From contig OZ242365.1 in NCBI GenBank assembly GCA_965208905.1, positions 1,696,001-1,760,000 of the forward strand: 64,000 nucleotides of DNA, read 5' to 3'. This document shows positions 50,620 to 60,165 of this stretch, piece by piece. The notes beneath the pieces are model-generated. The model was not told the origin of the DNA, searched no databases, and saw only the letters and a list, made by a program, of their open reading frames with translations. Position 1 is the stretch's first letter. Each line of letters starts with the position of its first letter. This DNA comes from Nitrosopumilaceae archaeon (GTDB lineage Archaea; Thermoproteota; Nitrososphaeria; Nitrososphaerales; Nitrosopumilaceae). The position numbers and the translations under genes were made by a program.

Positions 50620-50794
50620 GGGGACTGGGAAGAAACGCTGACCTGACCCATATTTTTACTCCAACCCCAATTTCCACTCTGCCAGATTAGGCCTCATCTC
50701 CACTCCGCACGCTTGATGTACAAAGACCTGTGTTTCCAGTCCGGGTCACAACTTTCTCAGCTGTACAACAGGTCACCATTTCTTTCCAGGCCCC
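50620..50794. mobile_element. MITE of the same family as 2519-2704
   Basis: TIRs ggggactgggaagaaacgctgacctg / caggtcaccatttctttccaggcccc; internal TTTCCACT boxes. Confidence 0.7.
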
Positions 50795-50847
50795 AGATAA
50801 ATGCACAGCACAACCGCATACTACAAAGACTGCGCACCGCCGGTATG

Positions 50848-50866
50848 CCATATAGCGCCTTAAAAG
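50848..50866 (+). promoter_or_regulatory. Element-type promoter box CCATATAGCGCCTTAAA, 28 nt before the TBP start
   Basis: The same motif occurs at 16974-16990(-), 18379-18395(+) and 38834-38850(-). Confidence 0.7.
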
Positions 50867-50887
50867 GTAGCGGTCATTGGACCACAC

Positions 50888-51415
50888 ATGATAAAGATAA
50901 ACGTGCGAAACGTGGTTGTGGGCGGTACGGTTGGCATGGGTGTGCCGATAGATGTGTTGTCGCGGCTGAGCGGCGCAATGTATGATCCTACCGAGTTTCC
51001 CGGCGTCAGGTTCCGCTTAAACGGCTGTACGGTAATGATATTCGGCACGGGCAAGGTGGTGGTTGTGGGCAGTGTAACCGGCGAGGATGCGTTTGATGCA
51101 ATAAACATGCTTGTAGGCAAGCTTGCCGGGAGCAACATACCCATAGGTATGGTAAAACGCAGGGTATGCAATGTGGTGTGTACCGCATCAATACGCGCAA
51201 GCCTTGATCTTGGGAGGGTGTCACGTATCATACCGCGCTCAATGTACGATCCGGAACACTTTCCCGGTATAATAATACGGCGGCAGAATCCCAAATGTAC
51301 CGTATTGCTGTTTGCGTCGGGCAATCTGGTGTGTGTTGGCGCCGACTCTGTGCAAAACGCATCTGATGCAGTAAACCAACTGTATGATGAATTGTGCAGG
51401 GGGAAGCAGTTGTGA
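50888..51415 (+). CDS. tbp: TATA-box-binding protein, divergent, element-encoded
   Basis: Two repeats: NVV..YDPTEFPG..IFGTGK and NVV..YDPEHFPG..LFASGN. Confidence 0.93.
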   Translation: MIKINVRNVVVGGTVGMGVPIDVLSRLSGAMYDPTEFPGVRFRLNGCTVMIFGTGKVVVVGSVTGEDAFDAINMLVGKLAGSNIPIGMVKRRVCNVVCTASIRASLDLGRVSRIIPRSMYDPEHFPGIIIRRQNPKCTVLLFASGNLVCVGADSVQNASDAVNQLYDELCRGKQL

Positions 51416-51663
51416 AGGTTACCATACGGTATTACTGCGCACGATGCAAAGACGCCTTTGCCGCATATTGCACCGTCCCTGATGCCATTGCACAGCACAG
51501 TGATGCGTGCAATGGTATAATGGAGTTTTCGGGCGCAGATAGCACAAGACTGCTGTACATGTGTTCTGTGTGCGGGCATACAAAAACGCTGTACGTACCG
51601 GATATTATACCGGCCATGGCATCAAGACACCATGGCTGCGGCGAGGAGTGTTTGCCGTCATGA
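51412..51663 (+). CDS. Small Zn-finger protein
   Basis: CARC..HSDAC..CSVC..HHGC; GTGA/ATGA coupling on both sides. Confidence 0.65.
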   Translation: MKVTIRYYCARCKDAFAAYCTVPDAIAQHSDACNGIMEFSGADSTRLLYMCSVCGHTKTLYVPDIIPAMASRHHGCGEECLPS

Positions 51664-52592
51664 AGATACAAAAGCGTGATGGCTCGTACGCAGAGTATGA
51701 TGAATCAAAGGTAGTGCAGGCGGTCATGAAGGCCGGGGTAGGTCCGCGCAAGGCTGCGGAACTGGCAAGGGACGTGACCAGGCGGCTGCGCAGGCCGCTT
51801 ACCGTCTCTAGGGTGGGTGATCTGACAGAAGACGCCATGCTAAAGGCAGGATTATACGCCGAATGCAGGCAATACATAGAGTATCGTGCCAAAAGGCGTC
51901 TTGAGAGGGAGAAGAGGGCGATAATTACGGGCGGGGTTGATGAGAACCTCAAGTATCTCAGGGCCTCAACGCTCAAGGTGTTGCGCGCTGCCGGTACAGA
52001 CATATCACATACCATACGTTCTATACGGCCAAAGTGCGAGGAGTTGATACTCTCTGGGATGTTCATACCGGACGACATCATAATACATGAGCGCGTGCCG
52101 TCCGGGCCGTACCGCATAACAATGCCGCACGGCATCAAAGACCAACTGCATACGCTGCAGTATGCAAACAAGTATGCGATATACGTGGACTGGAATCGTA
52201 CACCCCAGAAGTTTCGGGAACTATTCCGTTCTACATGCGCGTATACAGGCTGTTTAATACGTGAGGGGAGGTTTGGCGGCATGCTGGATATGTCGCGCAT
52301 ACCGCTTCATACATTGGGTGAGGTGTGTAAACAGGCGGCTGAATTTCTGTCCGCATGGGAGGGTGCATCCGGTCCCGGTATAATAATACCGCCCGGCATG
52401 GATCACAAAACAATACATGATGTGTTGTATGGTGTAGTGCCTGACCTTGAGCCTACGGGGATATATGGAAAACGTGATGATGTCTGGGGGGATACGCCAT
52501 ACAGGGGCGGGTGTCCCGTATGCGGGGGCAAACTATTACACATGGAGTCGTGTGTATCATGCGCATGCGGCTGGTCTGCGTGTGCAACCTAA
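51660..52592 (+). CDS. ATP-cone protein with degenerate RNR core and C-terminal RNR-type Zn ribbon
   Basis: MKIQKRDG..YDESKV..YIEYR ATP-cone; CPVCGG..ESCVSCACGWSAC. Confidence 0.8.
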   Translation: MKIQKRDGSYAEYDESKVVQAVMKAGVGPRKAAELARDVTRRLRRPLTVSRVGDLTEDAMLKAGLYAECRQYIEYRAKRRLEREKRAIITGGVDENLKYLRASTLKVLRAAGTDISHTIRSIRPKCEELILSGMFIPDDIIIHERVPSGPYRITMPHGIKDQLHTLQYANKYAIYVDWNRTPQKFRELFRSTCAYTGCLIREGRFGGMLDMSRIPLHTLGEVCKQAAEFLSAWEGASGPGIIIPPGMDHKTIHDVLYGVVPDLEPTGIYGKRDDVWGDTPYRGGCPVCGGKLLHMESCVSCACGWSACAT

Positions 52593-52777
52593 AGGCTTGT
52601 AAGGATGGGTGTTCTACAAATGACCAAAATATCCGGCATCATCTTGTGGGACAATGCTTTAGGGTGATTTATGAGCTGTGCAATAATTGGCGCGTATGTA
52701 CGGTAGGCTAGTCTCACGTTAATTTACCAATTTCCCCACAATACTCCCCTTAAACGTCACCGATACACATCATAACC

Positions 52778-53227
52778 ATGGAAGAGACTTCTAAGAGTGA
52801 TGATATATGTGATAAATTTATGCGCGTCGCCGACGAATCTAAGTGCTTTAAAGAGGCAGTCTATTGGGCGATTATGACTGCAGAGGCAAAAGAGTTCCTC
52901 GATACGATAGATGGGCTCCTAGATGGCGTAACAACATCAGCCAATGACTGGAAGTCATTCCTAAAACACAATGATGTTGGTGAGCTCCACAACATATTCG
53001 AATGTTCTGTGAATGAGTATGGTGGGGATGTCATTGATACAGTAGCAGAAGGCATTACTGTTTTTCTGGAGAAAGCGAAGGATGAGCAGCATTTAGAGAG
53101 GCTCTTGAGTGAAGAGTGGGATCCGTGTTCTGATGAACTCTTGGCACTTAAGAACAAATACAAGAGTGAATGTTCAAAGATATGTGAAGAGATAGCTGTG
53201 CACGCGCGCAGTCACTTCAACCTATAA
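52778..53227 (+). CDS. Hypothetical acidic helical protein
   Basis: 149-aa ORF; promoter box 28 nt upstream. Confidence 0.65.
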   Translation: MEETSKSDDICDKFMRVADESKCFKEAVYWAIMTAEAKEFLDTIDGLLDGVTTSANDWKSFLKHNDVGELHNIFECSVNEYGGDVIDTVAEGITVFLEKAKDEQHLERLLSEEWDPCSDELLALKNKYKSECSKICEEIAVHARSHFNL

Positions 53228-53419
53228 TTCTGTTAGGTAACACCACTGACTAAATGGATGGGTGGATGAACTATCCCAAATACAACACGTGTCCCAAGAC
53301 AGCGCGTATGTTGACAGCCTGCCGTACTGTATAGTTGGCAAATTGCCATGTGTGTGGGTCGTAACTGGAAAGATGGCTGCCCACACTGCGGATATGGTGG
53401 GTATGTTAGACTTGTAGAA

Positions 53420-54037
53420 TCAGGACTTGGCCTTCACGAATACCAGAGTCCTGCCGGCCACCTGCGCACCCGTATCATCATGTATGGTGATGCTTTTCTC
53501 ACCGACCATATCGTCAGGATATAGTACCAGATGTACCGTTCCATCCGTATCCGGGTGGGGCGTACTACACAGCACATCATCCATGCGAACCTCAAGGCGT
53601 TTGTCAAGCGGCATGTCTGAAGGTAGGCTCATGCGCAGCTCACGGGGTCGATCATATACGGTTATCTGCAATGATTCGTCGGGTGTAGGCTTGGCATCGG
53701 CCGTGTCCTGTACGGCGCGCGGCATGACATACTTTTTTGGCTTTGGGCCGGCCTTCGCTTCTTTGGGACCAAACATCCTAAACCGCATCATATGGTATAG
53801 ACGCATCTCATATCCCAACAGCGGCGGGCGGAACTTGGCAAACAAAAATGCCGCCAACAGAGGCCAGGGAGCCGCATATATGCCGGCTACCTGAACCGCA
53901 ATAAACATGCCCGGCAGGCCCGCGCCCACCAGTATGCCAAGCTGCAGTACGGTGACCCAGCCCAGTACCGGCAGGTGGAACATCTTTTGGTTTGGCAGTG
54001 TGGGTTTTTCATACCATTGGAAACGGGGCTCGGTCAT
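53420..54037 (-). CDS. PrgI/VirB3-like membrane protein
   Basis: LGWVTVLQLGIL two-TM pattern followed by AKFRP; last gene of the ATPase operon. Confidence 0.55.
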   Translation of the reverse strand: MTEPRFQWYEKPTLPNQKMFHLPVLGWVTVLQLGILVGAGLPGMFIAVQVAGIYAAPWPLLAAFLFAKFRPPLLGYEMRLYHMMRFRMFGPKEAKAGPKPKKYVMPRAVQDTADAKPTPDESLQITVYDRPRELRMSLPSDMPLDKRLEVRMDDVLCSTPHPDTDGTVHLVLYPDDMVGEKSITIHDDTGAQVAGRTLVFVKAKS

Positions 54038-54909
54038 GCCAACTCCTCCAGACGGTACTGTTTAACGTTGCCTGCCGCGCACCATATGTGGCATGCGGCC
54101 AGTCCAAACATAAAGGATCCCAATATTACATGCCATTGTATCGGTCCCGTACTGCCCAGCATAATGGATACGCCGACAATCGCCGCAAAATACCATATCG
54201 TGTGTAATGTGAGTGCCAGCCGTATGGTACACCGCCTAAACATGTATCGCATTATTACGTTGGCCTCGTATCGCATGAGGCGTCTCCCAAAACGCGCCGT
54301 GCTGTATACGTCTGCTGCATATGATATAATCATTGCAGCAACGCCGACGGGCCAAATCCCATCGTACATGGCGCATACAGCTACACCAATACCGCAGGGT
54401 ATCACACACCACACCCATGTTGGCCGGCCAACATACATCACCGCGGCGCTGGCCAGCGCTCCGATTACCGTACCATATTTGAGTCCCATCAAGCCGACTG
54501 AATATATGTCGTACAATCCCAACGACTCGCGCGACTTTGCCAGGTTTGCCCGCCATAGATCTTCCGCGAGGGGAGGCACTATTCCATCACAGTTGGCGCC
54601 GCCGGGCACCATACATTGCACGTAGCATATGCCGTCCCTGTAGGAATACTGTATACCGTCGGATGGTTCGGGGCACATTATATCGCCCCTCCATATTGGC
54701 GGTACCATAAATATCTCCATGGGCATCTCAGATACCGCCTGCACTGCCAGCGGTACACACCAGACAACCAGCACGCCGAACACAAAGAACACGACAATAT
54801 TGCCCAGGGTGCCGGCCTTCTCTCCCTGGCCTGTTACATATCTCTTGTACATCTGGCCACCCCCACAAGGCCCAAAATCATGAATACTATAACAACCAGT
54901 ATGCTCCAC
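54034..54909 (-). CDS. Multi-TM membrane protein (C-terminal DUF5658-like)
   Basis: ADVYST..EANVIMR motif; many TM helices. Confidence 0.6.
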   Translation of the reverse strand: MEHTGCYSIHDFGPCGGGQMYKRYVTGQGEKAGTLGNIVVFFVFGVLVVWCVPLAVQAVSEMPMEIFMVPPIWRGDIMCPEPSDGIQYSYRDGICYVQCMVPGGANCDGIVPPLAEDLWRANLAKSRESLGLYDIYSVGLMGLKYGTVIGALASAAVMYVGRPTWVWCVIPCGIGVAVCAMYDGIWPVGVAAMIISYAADVYSTARFGRRLMRYEANVIMRYMFRRCTIRLALTLHTIWYFAAIVGVSIMLGSTGPIQWHVILGSFMFGLAACHIWCAAGNVKQYRLEELA

Positions 54910-55097
54910 TGTATGGTCTCCCAGACCAGCGGGTCGCCTCCAAAGATGCTGGTCAGGTCATCCTTCGTCATATAATTATACAGGTACGGCGCGGCCGCAA
55001 GTATCACGCCCAGTACTATTGCCCTCGATAGCAGTTTTCGTATCTTCTCGGCTATCTCCACATTGTTGGATTCATCACCAATAGAACGATGATACAC
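54834..55097 (-). CDS. Small two-TM protein (VirB2-like candidate)
   Basis: Two hydrophobic helices; position within the secretion operon. Confidence 0.45.
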   Translation of the reverse strand: MYHRSIGDESNNVEIAEKIRKLLSRAIVLGVILAAAPYLYNYMTKDDLTSIFGGDPLVWETIQWSILVVIVFMILGLVGVARCTRDM

Positions 55098-57307
55098 TAT
55101 ACATTCGCCTCCGGACTCTTGTGTATTCTCCCACTCTTTCTGTATATTGTACCGGCCTCCTCCAGGCGCTGCATCGTACCGGCTATCTCACTATTCTCGT
55201 ATGTGCCGTGCATGTGACTCTGTAGTGTAGATATCGGCAGTCCGCCCTTGGGTATCATGTGCAGTATTTTTGACTCTATGTCATCAGTACTTTGCGTGTA
55301 TTCGCAGAATTTTAACGGGTTGGCGGGCCTGAACCCGGGAGGTATAGGTATGGACTTTCCTGCCAGTATGGCATCATATGTAATGACACTGACATGATAT
55401 GCAGTATGATCAACACCCATCTCGGCAAGCTGGCTTTTGACATGCTGTGCGTCACGTTCATTATACACCAAAAACCACACCGTACAATCAGGACTCTTCT
55501 TCCAGTTTTTGTACACCTGGCCCGGTTTTCCCGGCTTGTTTGGGTGACGCGCGGGGCCGGTCTCCACCTCTATGGCAACACGATTGCCCCAGCGCTGCAC
55601 ATCCGGATTCCCCTCGGGGCCGGTAGCGGGCTCGCATACCTCCAGATCAGCCATCTGTGATGCAGTATCGCCTACATCCATCTTTGTGTAGTAGCCGCGC
55701 CTCGTATAGTTGTCATGCAGTGCCTTTATGGTGCGTATGTGCCGCTCACCGCCGGCCCGTCCCTTCAGGGCGGCCACATCAAAGTGCTTGTTTATGCATT
55801 CAGCCCTTAAGGTGTAAATTGTATCATTGTGTCTGGATACCGCATCCACCACGCCATCGCGCCGCAGGTGCTCCAGACGCTGTGCTATGGTGCGCTTCTC
55901 CACATCAAAATGCCGAACCGCCTCATGTATGTCATGTATGCCCAGGCCGTCCGGATTATGGTACAGTATGGACATTATACACATATCCAGAGGCTTGACA
56001 TCGTATGCGTGCGCGGGATCATTTGTATATTTGGCCATGTCGACATCCACGCCATATGTAGCCAGCGAAAAGTCCACTATTTCGTCCAGTGTTGCATGGT
56101 GTACGACCGCATCATCCATGTTGCGCGTGCGCATCAGACTGCCGTGTACGTCGCCTGACGGCACCCCCATGTGGAAGCTCATGTGGAACTTGGGAATCTT
56201 TGTCAGTACCTCCGGCCTGTCTATGCCCATCTTTGGCGCAACCCTCTTGGCGGTATCCATCGTACAGTTGCTTACGATATACAGGGAGCAGTTTCCAAGC
56301 ATGGCGGCCGCATCATCCTTGTCTATGCTTTCAAGTTGCTGTGTTGCCAGCGTCATGCGTATGCCCCACTTTCTTACCTGTTGGAGCATCTCCTTGAGTT
56401 TGGTCGAATCTATCATCTGCATCTCGTCCACGTACAGGTAGAATTGCTTTGGCTTGACGTTTTGCGGGCGGGACTGCGCAAGCTTGGCGGCCGCAGTAGT
56501 CATCATCGTCAGCAAAAACGTGGTGAACAGCGTCCTCTCTATATCGTTGGAGCAGCCGGCCCCGTCAAATATCAGTATGCCGTGATTGTCCAACAGTTTC
56601 TGCATGTTGAATGCCGTACCGCCCTCAAAGAATGGCCCCACTGCGGGGTTCGATACTATGGGAGTCAGTTTGTTGTCTACTGCCGGGACCGCATCCTTTG
56701 CCTGCTTTGGAAATACCTTGTCCCAGAACAACAGGTTGTCCTGTATGTTGACGTCCGCCAGTACGATATCACGTTCGGACTCATCCAGTATTATTTTGTG
56801 CAGCAGGTCCATGCCGCCCCGACCAGACGCTATTATGCTTACGGCCGCCGCGGTCAGTATCTGCTGCATGCGCGGCCCGTCCGTCCCGAATGCCTTCAGC
56901 AAGGTTTCCGTAAAGGCCGTCGCCGCAGTTGCTGGCGAGTCACCATTCGGCTCAAGCGGGTTTATCGGCACTGCCTTTCCGGTGCGTTTCAGCTGATCCG
57001 GCGATATGTACACAAGATGGTTTGCGCGCCATTCTGGTATTCGCTGCGCAGCCCAGGCCGCCAGGTCGTGGTGCGGATCCAGTATGGCAACACCATCACC
57101 GCGTATGAGATTCTGGCGTATCAGCATCTTCAACACAGTACTCTTGCCAAAACCGCTGGAGCCCAGTATCATCGCGTGCAGCCGGTGCTTTTCGGGTATG
57201 CATATGGTATCGGCCGGTATGTTGGGATCATACCTGTCATGCGTATACCCTATGGCCGTCAGCCCATCGGGTATGGGATTACTCCCCGGCGGGACGATGC
57301 TACTCAT
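55097..57307 (-). CDS. VirD4/HerA-like coupling ATPase with C-terminal wHTH and PD-(D/E)XK-like domain
   Basis: Walker A GSSGFGKS, ILDPH, Walker B YVDEMQ, RKWG, LATQ; later ADL..AIEVE. Confidence 0.85.
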   Translation of the reverse strand: MSSIVPPGSNPIPDGLTAIGYTHDRYDPNIPADTICIPEKHRLHAMILGSSGFGKSTVLKMLIRQNLIRGDGVAILDPHHDLAAWAAQRIPEWRANHLVYISPDQLKRTGKAVPINPLEPNGDSPATAATAFTETLLKAFGTDGPRMQQILTAAAVSIIASGRGGMDLLHKIILDESERDIVLADVNIQDNLLFWDKVFPKQAKDAVPAVDNKLTPIVSNPAVGPFFEGGTAFNMQKLLDNHGILIFDGAGCSNDIERTLFTTFLLTMMTTAAAKLAQSRPQNVKPKQFYLYVDEMQMIDSTKLKEMLQQVRKWGIRMTLATQQLESIDKDDAAAMLGNCSLYIVSNCTMDTAKRVAPKMGIDRPEVLTKIPKFHMSFHMGVPSGDVHGSLMRTRNMDDAVVHHATLDEIVDFSLATYGVDVDMAKYTNDPAHAYDVKPLDMCIMSILYHNPDGLGIHDIHEAVRHFDVEKRTIAQRLEHLRRDGVVDAVSRHNDTIYTLRAECINKHFDVAALKGRAGGERHIRTIKALHDNYTRRGYYTKMDVGDTASQMADLEVCEPATGPEGNPDVQRWGNRVAIEVETGPARHPNKPGKPGQVYKNWKKSPDCTVWFLVYNERDAQHVKSQLAEMGVDHTAYHVSVITYDAILAGKSIPIPPGFRPANPLKFCEYTQSTDDIESKILHMIPKGGLPISTLQSHMHGTYENSEIAGTMQRLEEAGTIYRKSGRIHKSPEANV

Positions 57308-59375
57308 AATACCTCCCCAGTATGCTGAATACCGACTGTACGTCATTGGCGTCATGTATGATGCACTCCTCCAGCAACTCTTCGCGGCGTTTCATGTCGG
57401 CGGCGGGGTTTTGAACGTTGTTCCTAAAGCACGCCTCCGTATATTGCTGCGTATTCAGCATGTTCTTTGCTTCATGGAACGAGTCGTCCTGCAATGAATA
57501 GGTGAATATCTCTTTTAGTACGGGCTTGCCGTCTATGCCCGGCGTTACCTCGGTTATGTTTCGAACGCGGCGTTTGGATATGCCGGATATGCGGACCTCG
57601 GTAACATATACTATAAACCCCAGCAGGGCGAGTTCCGCATGGGATACGCCGCCCAGTTCCATGCGGGTAAGCGCGCCCAGGGGCGTGTTGGCATGGAAAG
57701 TCGTATTGTGCGTTACGACGCCATCCCCGTGCGTAAAGTTGCCCGTTGACTTTACCTCTATGTCGTATAGTGTGGTGCCCAGCGAGGGTATCTCCACGGA
57801 TTGTATGGTACGCCACTCATATGTATTCTGTATTGCGTGGTATCGCTCGGGTATTATATGGCATTCCCGTACAAACTCCTCCGGGCCGGATAATGCGAAC
57901 TGCCTTAAATCCGCTACCCTTTGCCTTGCAAGCAGTTTTCCGCCGTCCGCATCAAGCGGTATGGCCATCTCGTCTCCGTTTGATACATGTGTAGCCACAT
58001 CCCGGTACAGTCCACATATTACGGGTATCGAGTCGCCAATCTTTACATCGGATGCATGTATCACGCCCCTCTCCGTAATCATGGGATGGTGCGCATGTAC
58101 AGTGCAGGTGGCCCCGCCCGCGGTTATGCGCCTCCAGTCATCCTTTCCGTGCTTTACGATTGTGCCGGTTATGGGGTGCCAGTCACATTTGCCGCCCTCC
58201 ATTGAGTATGCGTATAGCGTCTCGCCGTCCCGGAACCGCTCTATTACATTTCGTATGGTATCATATGATATGGTGGAGCCGTTTTTTACAGGCATCATCT
58301 CGTTGGGCGGCAGACACAAGCCGCCGTGCCCGGTGCCCATGGATTGAAACAGGTACTTGGCATCGGCCACATCCCTTATCTCGCCCACTATCTCATAGTC
58401 GGGCTTCTGCGTGAGTGACTGGTCTATCAGTTTTTGAATGGTAACGTCGTGCTCTGAACCAACTATCGATGTGGTCTTTTTTGTGTGATATCGTACCCAG
58501 TCCTCGTGCGGTATCTGCAGCTCCAGAGAGTCCTCTATGGTTAAAATGCGCCAGCGCGGATGCATCATGGTTGTAAGTGCGGACAACAGCGTGGTCTTGC
58601 CCGAACCCGTAGTGCCTATTACCAGCCCGGCGGCGCGCGCATTGAGCAGCGACCACAGATATGCGCACATTCTGGGCGTCAGCGTATTGCCCTTCATCAT
58701 GTGTGTAATTACATACGGATTTTCCGGGAATTTTCTTATGGCTATTGTGCTGCCGGGCTCGGATACCACACTCTTGAAGGTCGCCGATATACGCGACTTG
58801 TCCTGCAGATACGTGACGGCTCCCGGCTTTGCCACGGTGGGCTCGTTTCCGGTGGGCCTGAACATCCTTGATATGAATGTGGCCATAGCCGCGTCGGTAC
58901 GAAACAGTACGTTCGTCTTTAGTGAGTGGAACCTGTTGCTGTGTACTTTGTGTTTTATGTATGCGGGCCTGCCGGGAGCGGAGACTAGTATGTCCTCTAT
59001 ATGCGGATCCGTCATCAAAGGGTGCAGTATGCCGTATCCGGTAACATCTCGGGATATGTAGTATTTGAGCGCATGAAACAACCCATCAAGTTCGCGCTTT
59101 TCGTATATCTTCATGCCAACATCCCAGAACCGCTTCTTTACTATACGTTCCAGTTCTGCGGGCGTCTTGTTCTTGACGTCCAGTACCATACTCTCCCACA
59201 TCTTCTGTATAATGCGCGTGTATGCTTTACCGGCGGCTTCTGAGAATGGCGGCTCGGTTACCAGATAGCGGCCATCCGCCGTCACCCGTACCGAGACCAT
59301 GCCGTCGGCCACGGTATACTGGTCGATTATCTCGAAATCTTCAACATCAACGCTGGTGTGGTGTATGGTATCCAT
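57300..59375 (-). CDS. VirB11/CpaF/FlaI-type secretion ATPase with intein
   Basis: DPHIEDI, IRKF, GTTGSGKTT, TIEDSLEL, PD..VGEIR, TGHG..TFHA. Confidence 0.92.
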   Translation of the reverse strand: MDTIHHTSVDVEDFEIIDQYTVADGMVSVRVTADGRYLVTEPPFSEAAGKAYTRIIQKMWESMVLDVKNKTPAELERIVKKRFWDVGMKIYEKRELDGLFHALKYYISRDVTGYGILHPLMTDPHIEDILVSAPGRPAYIKHKVHSNRFHSLKTNVLFRTDAAMATFISRMFRPTGNEPTVAKPGAVTYLQDKSRISATFKSVVSEPGSTIAIRKFPENPYVITHMMKGNTLTPRMCAYLWSLLNARAAGLVIGTTGSGKTTLLSALTTMMHPRWRILTIEDSLELQIPHEDWVRYHTKKTTSIVGSEHDVTIQKLIDQSLTQKPDYEIVGEIRDVADAKYLFQSMGTGHGGLCLPPNEMMPVKNGSTISYDTIRNVIERFRDGETLYAYSMEGGKCDWHPITGTIVKHGKDDWRRITAGGATCTVHAHHPMITERGVIHASDVKIGDSIPVICGLYRDVATHVSNGDEMAIPLDADGGKLLARQRVADLRQFALSGPEEFVRECHIIPERYHAIQNTYEWRTIQSVEIPSLGTTLYDIEVKSTGNFTHGDGVVTHNTTFHANTPLGALTRMELGGVSHAELALLGFIVYVTEVRISGISKRRVRNITEVTPGIDGKPVLKEIFTYSLQDDSFHEAKNMLNTQQYTEACFRNNVQNPAADMKRREELLEECIIHDANDVQSVFSILGRYYE
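57705..58316 (-). mobile_element. Mini-intein (204 aa) in the secretion ATPase at GHGGL|TTFH
   Basis: Starts CLPPNE; ends LYDIEV..GNF..VVTHN followed by Thr. Confidence 0.9.
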
Positions 59376-59516
59376 ACTATATTGTATGACCAGGGGGCGT
59401 TAATGGATTACAGTGGGTATGCCGGACCCGCACCGCTGGGTTAACCTAACGAGGAAGTATGACCCCGCCCGGCTGACTATATCATGCATGGTGCAATTTA
59501 AGGCTCCATATGACAT

Positions 59517-60105
59517 GGGGCTGTTAAGTTACTGTGACCCACCGGATGGTGTTAAATCTGTGACCTAGGGTGGTTAGACCTGGGGCTGTAACATCTAACA
59601 TCACATGAGATGGTGTAATATGCGTCACCATTTGTCCAAAATACATAAATAAAGTAACTACCACCATGAGTATTATGTCAGATGACGGAGATTATGTGGA
59701 TAAGAAAGATGTTGAGAGGCGTAGAAAGGAAATAGAGGAATACGCAAAGAACGATCAGCGACGCAAAATCGTCTACGATGAAGATTTATAAACCACAATC
59801 CCTACTATACAATATGGATGATATACAGAGAAAGAGGAAGGTAGATACATACTTTACGACAGGTACCCCCACTGGTCCCTACAAGGCGACATATGAGGAC
59901 AGTCTAAAGGAGATAAGGAACCCATTTGCGTTGGATAAAACCAAAGGTGCTCCGGGCTTTCCGCGAACACGTTAGAAATTTCTAGTTTTCAAATCACGTA
60001 AAACTCCTTGGGTTTTTCCACCCTACCCCTTTTCATCTTTAAAGAGATCCTGTCCGGGTCACAGATTTAACACCATCCGGTGGGTCACAGTAACTTAACA
60101 GCCCC
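59517..60105. mobile_element. Non-autonomous transposon: perfect 49-bp TIRs (GGGGCTG..), 8-bp TSD TATGACAT
   Basis: 59517-59565 is the reverse complement of 60057-60105; TSD at 59509-59516 and 60106-60113. Confidence 0.93.
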
Positions 60106-60165
60106 TATGACATAACGCTAAATCTCGTTAATTCCTTAAACGTCACCGAACACATACCATACCAA

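Noticed and set aside
36077-59375. Both inteins start at codon 354 of their host ORFs
   Set aside because: The proteins and insertion motifs are unrelated; treated as coincidence.
59517-60105. Casposon remnant (GGGG-starting TIRs)
   Set aside because: The 8-bp TSD and GGGGCTG end fit IS1595/IS1016 better, and no casposase or PolB is present.
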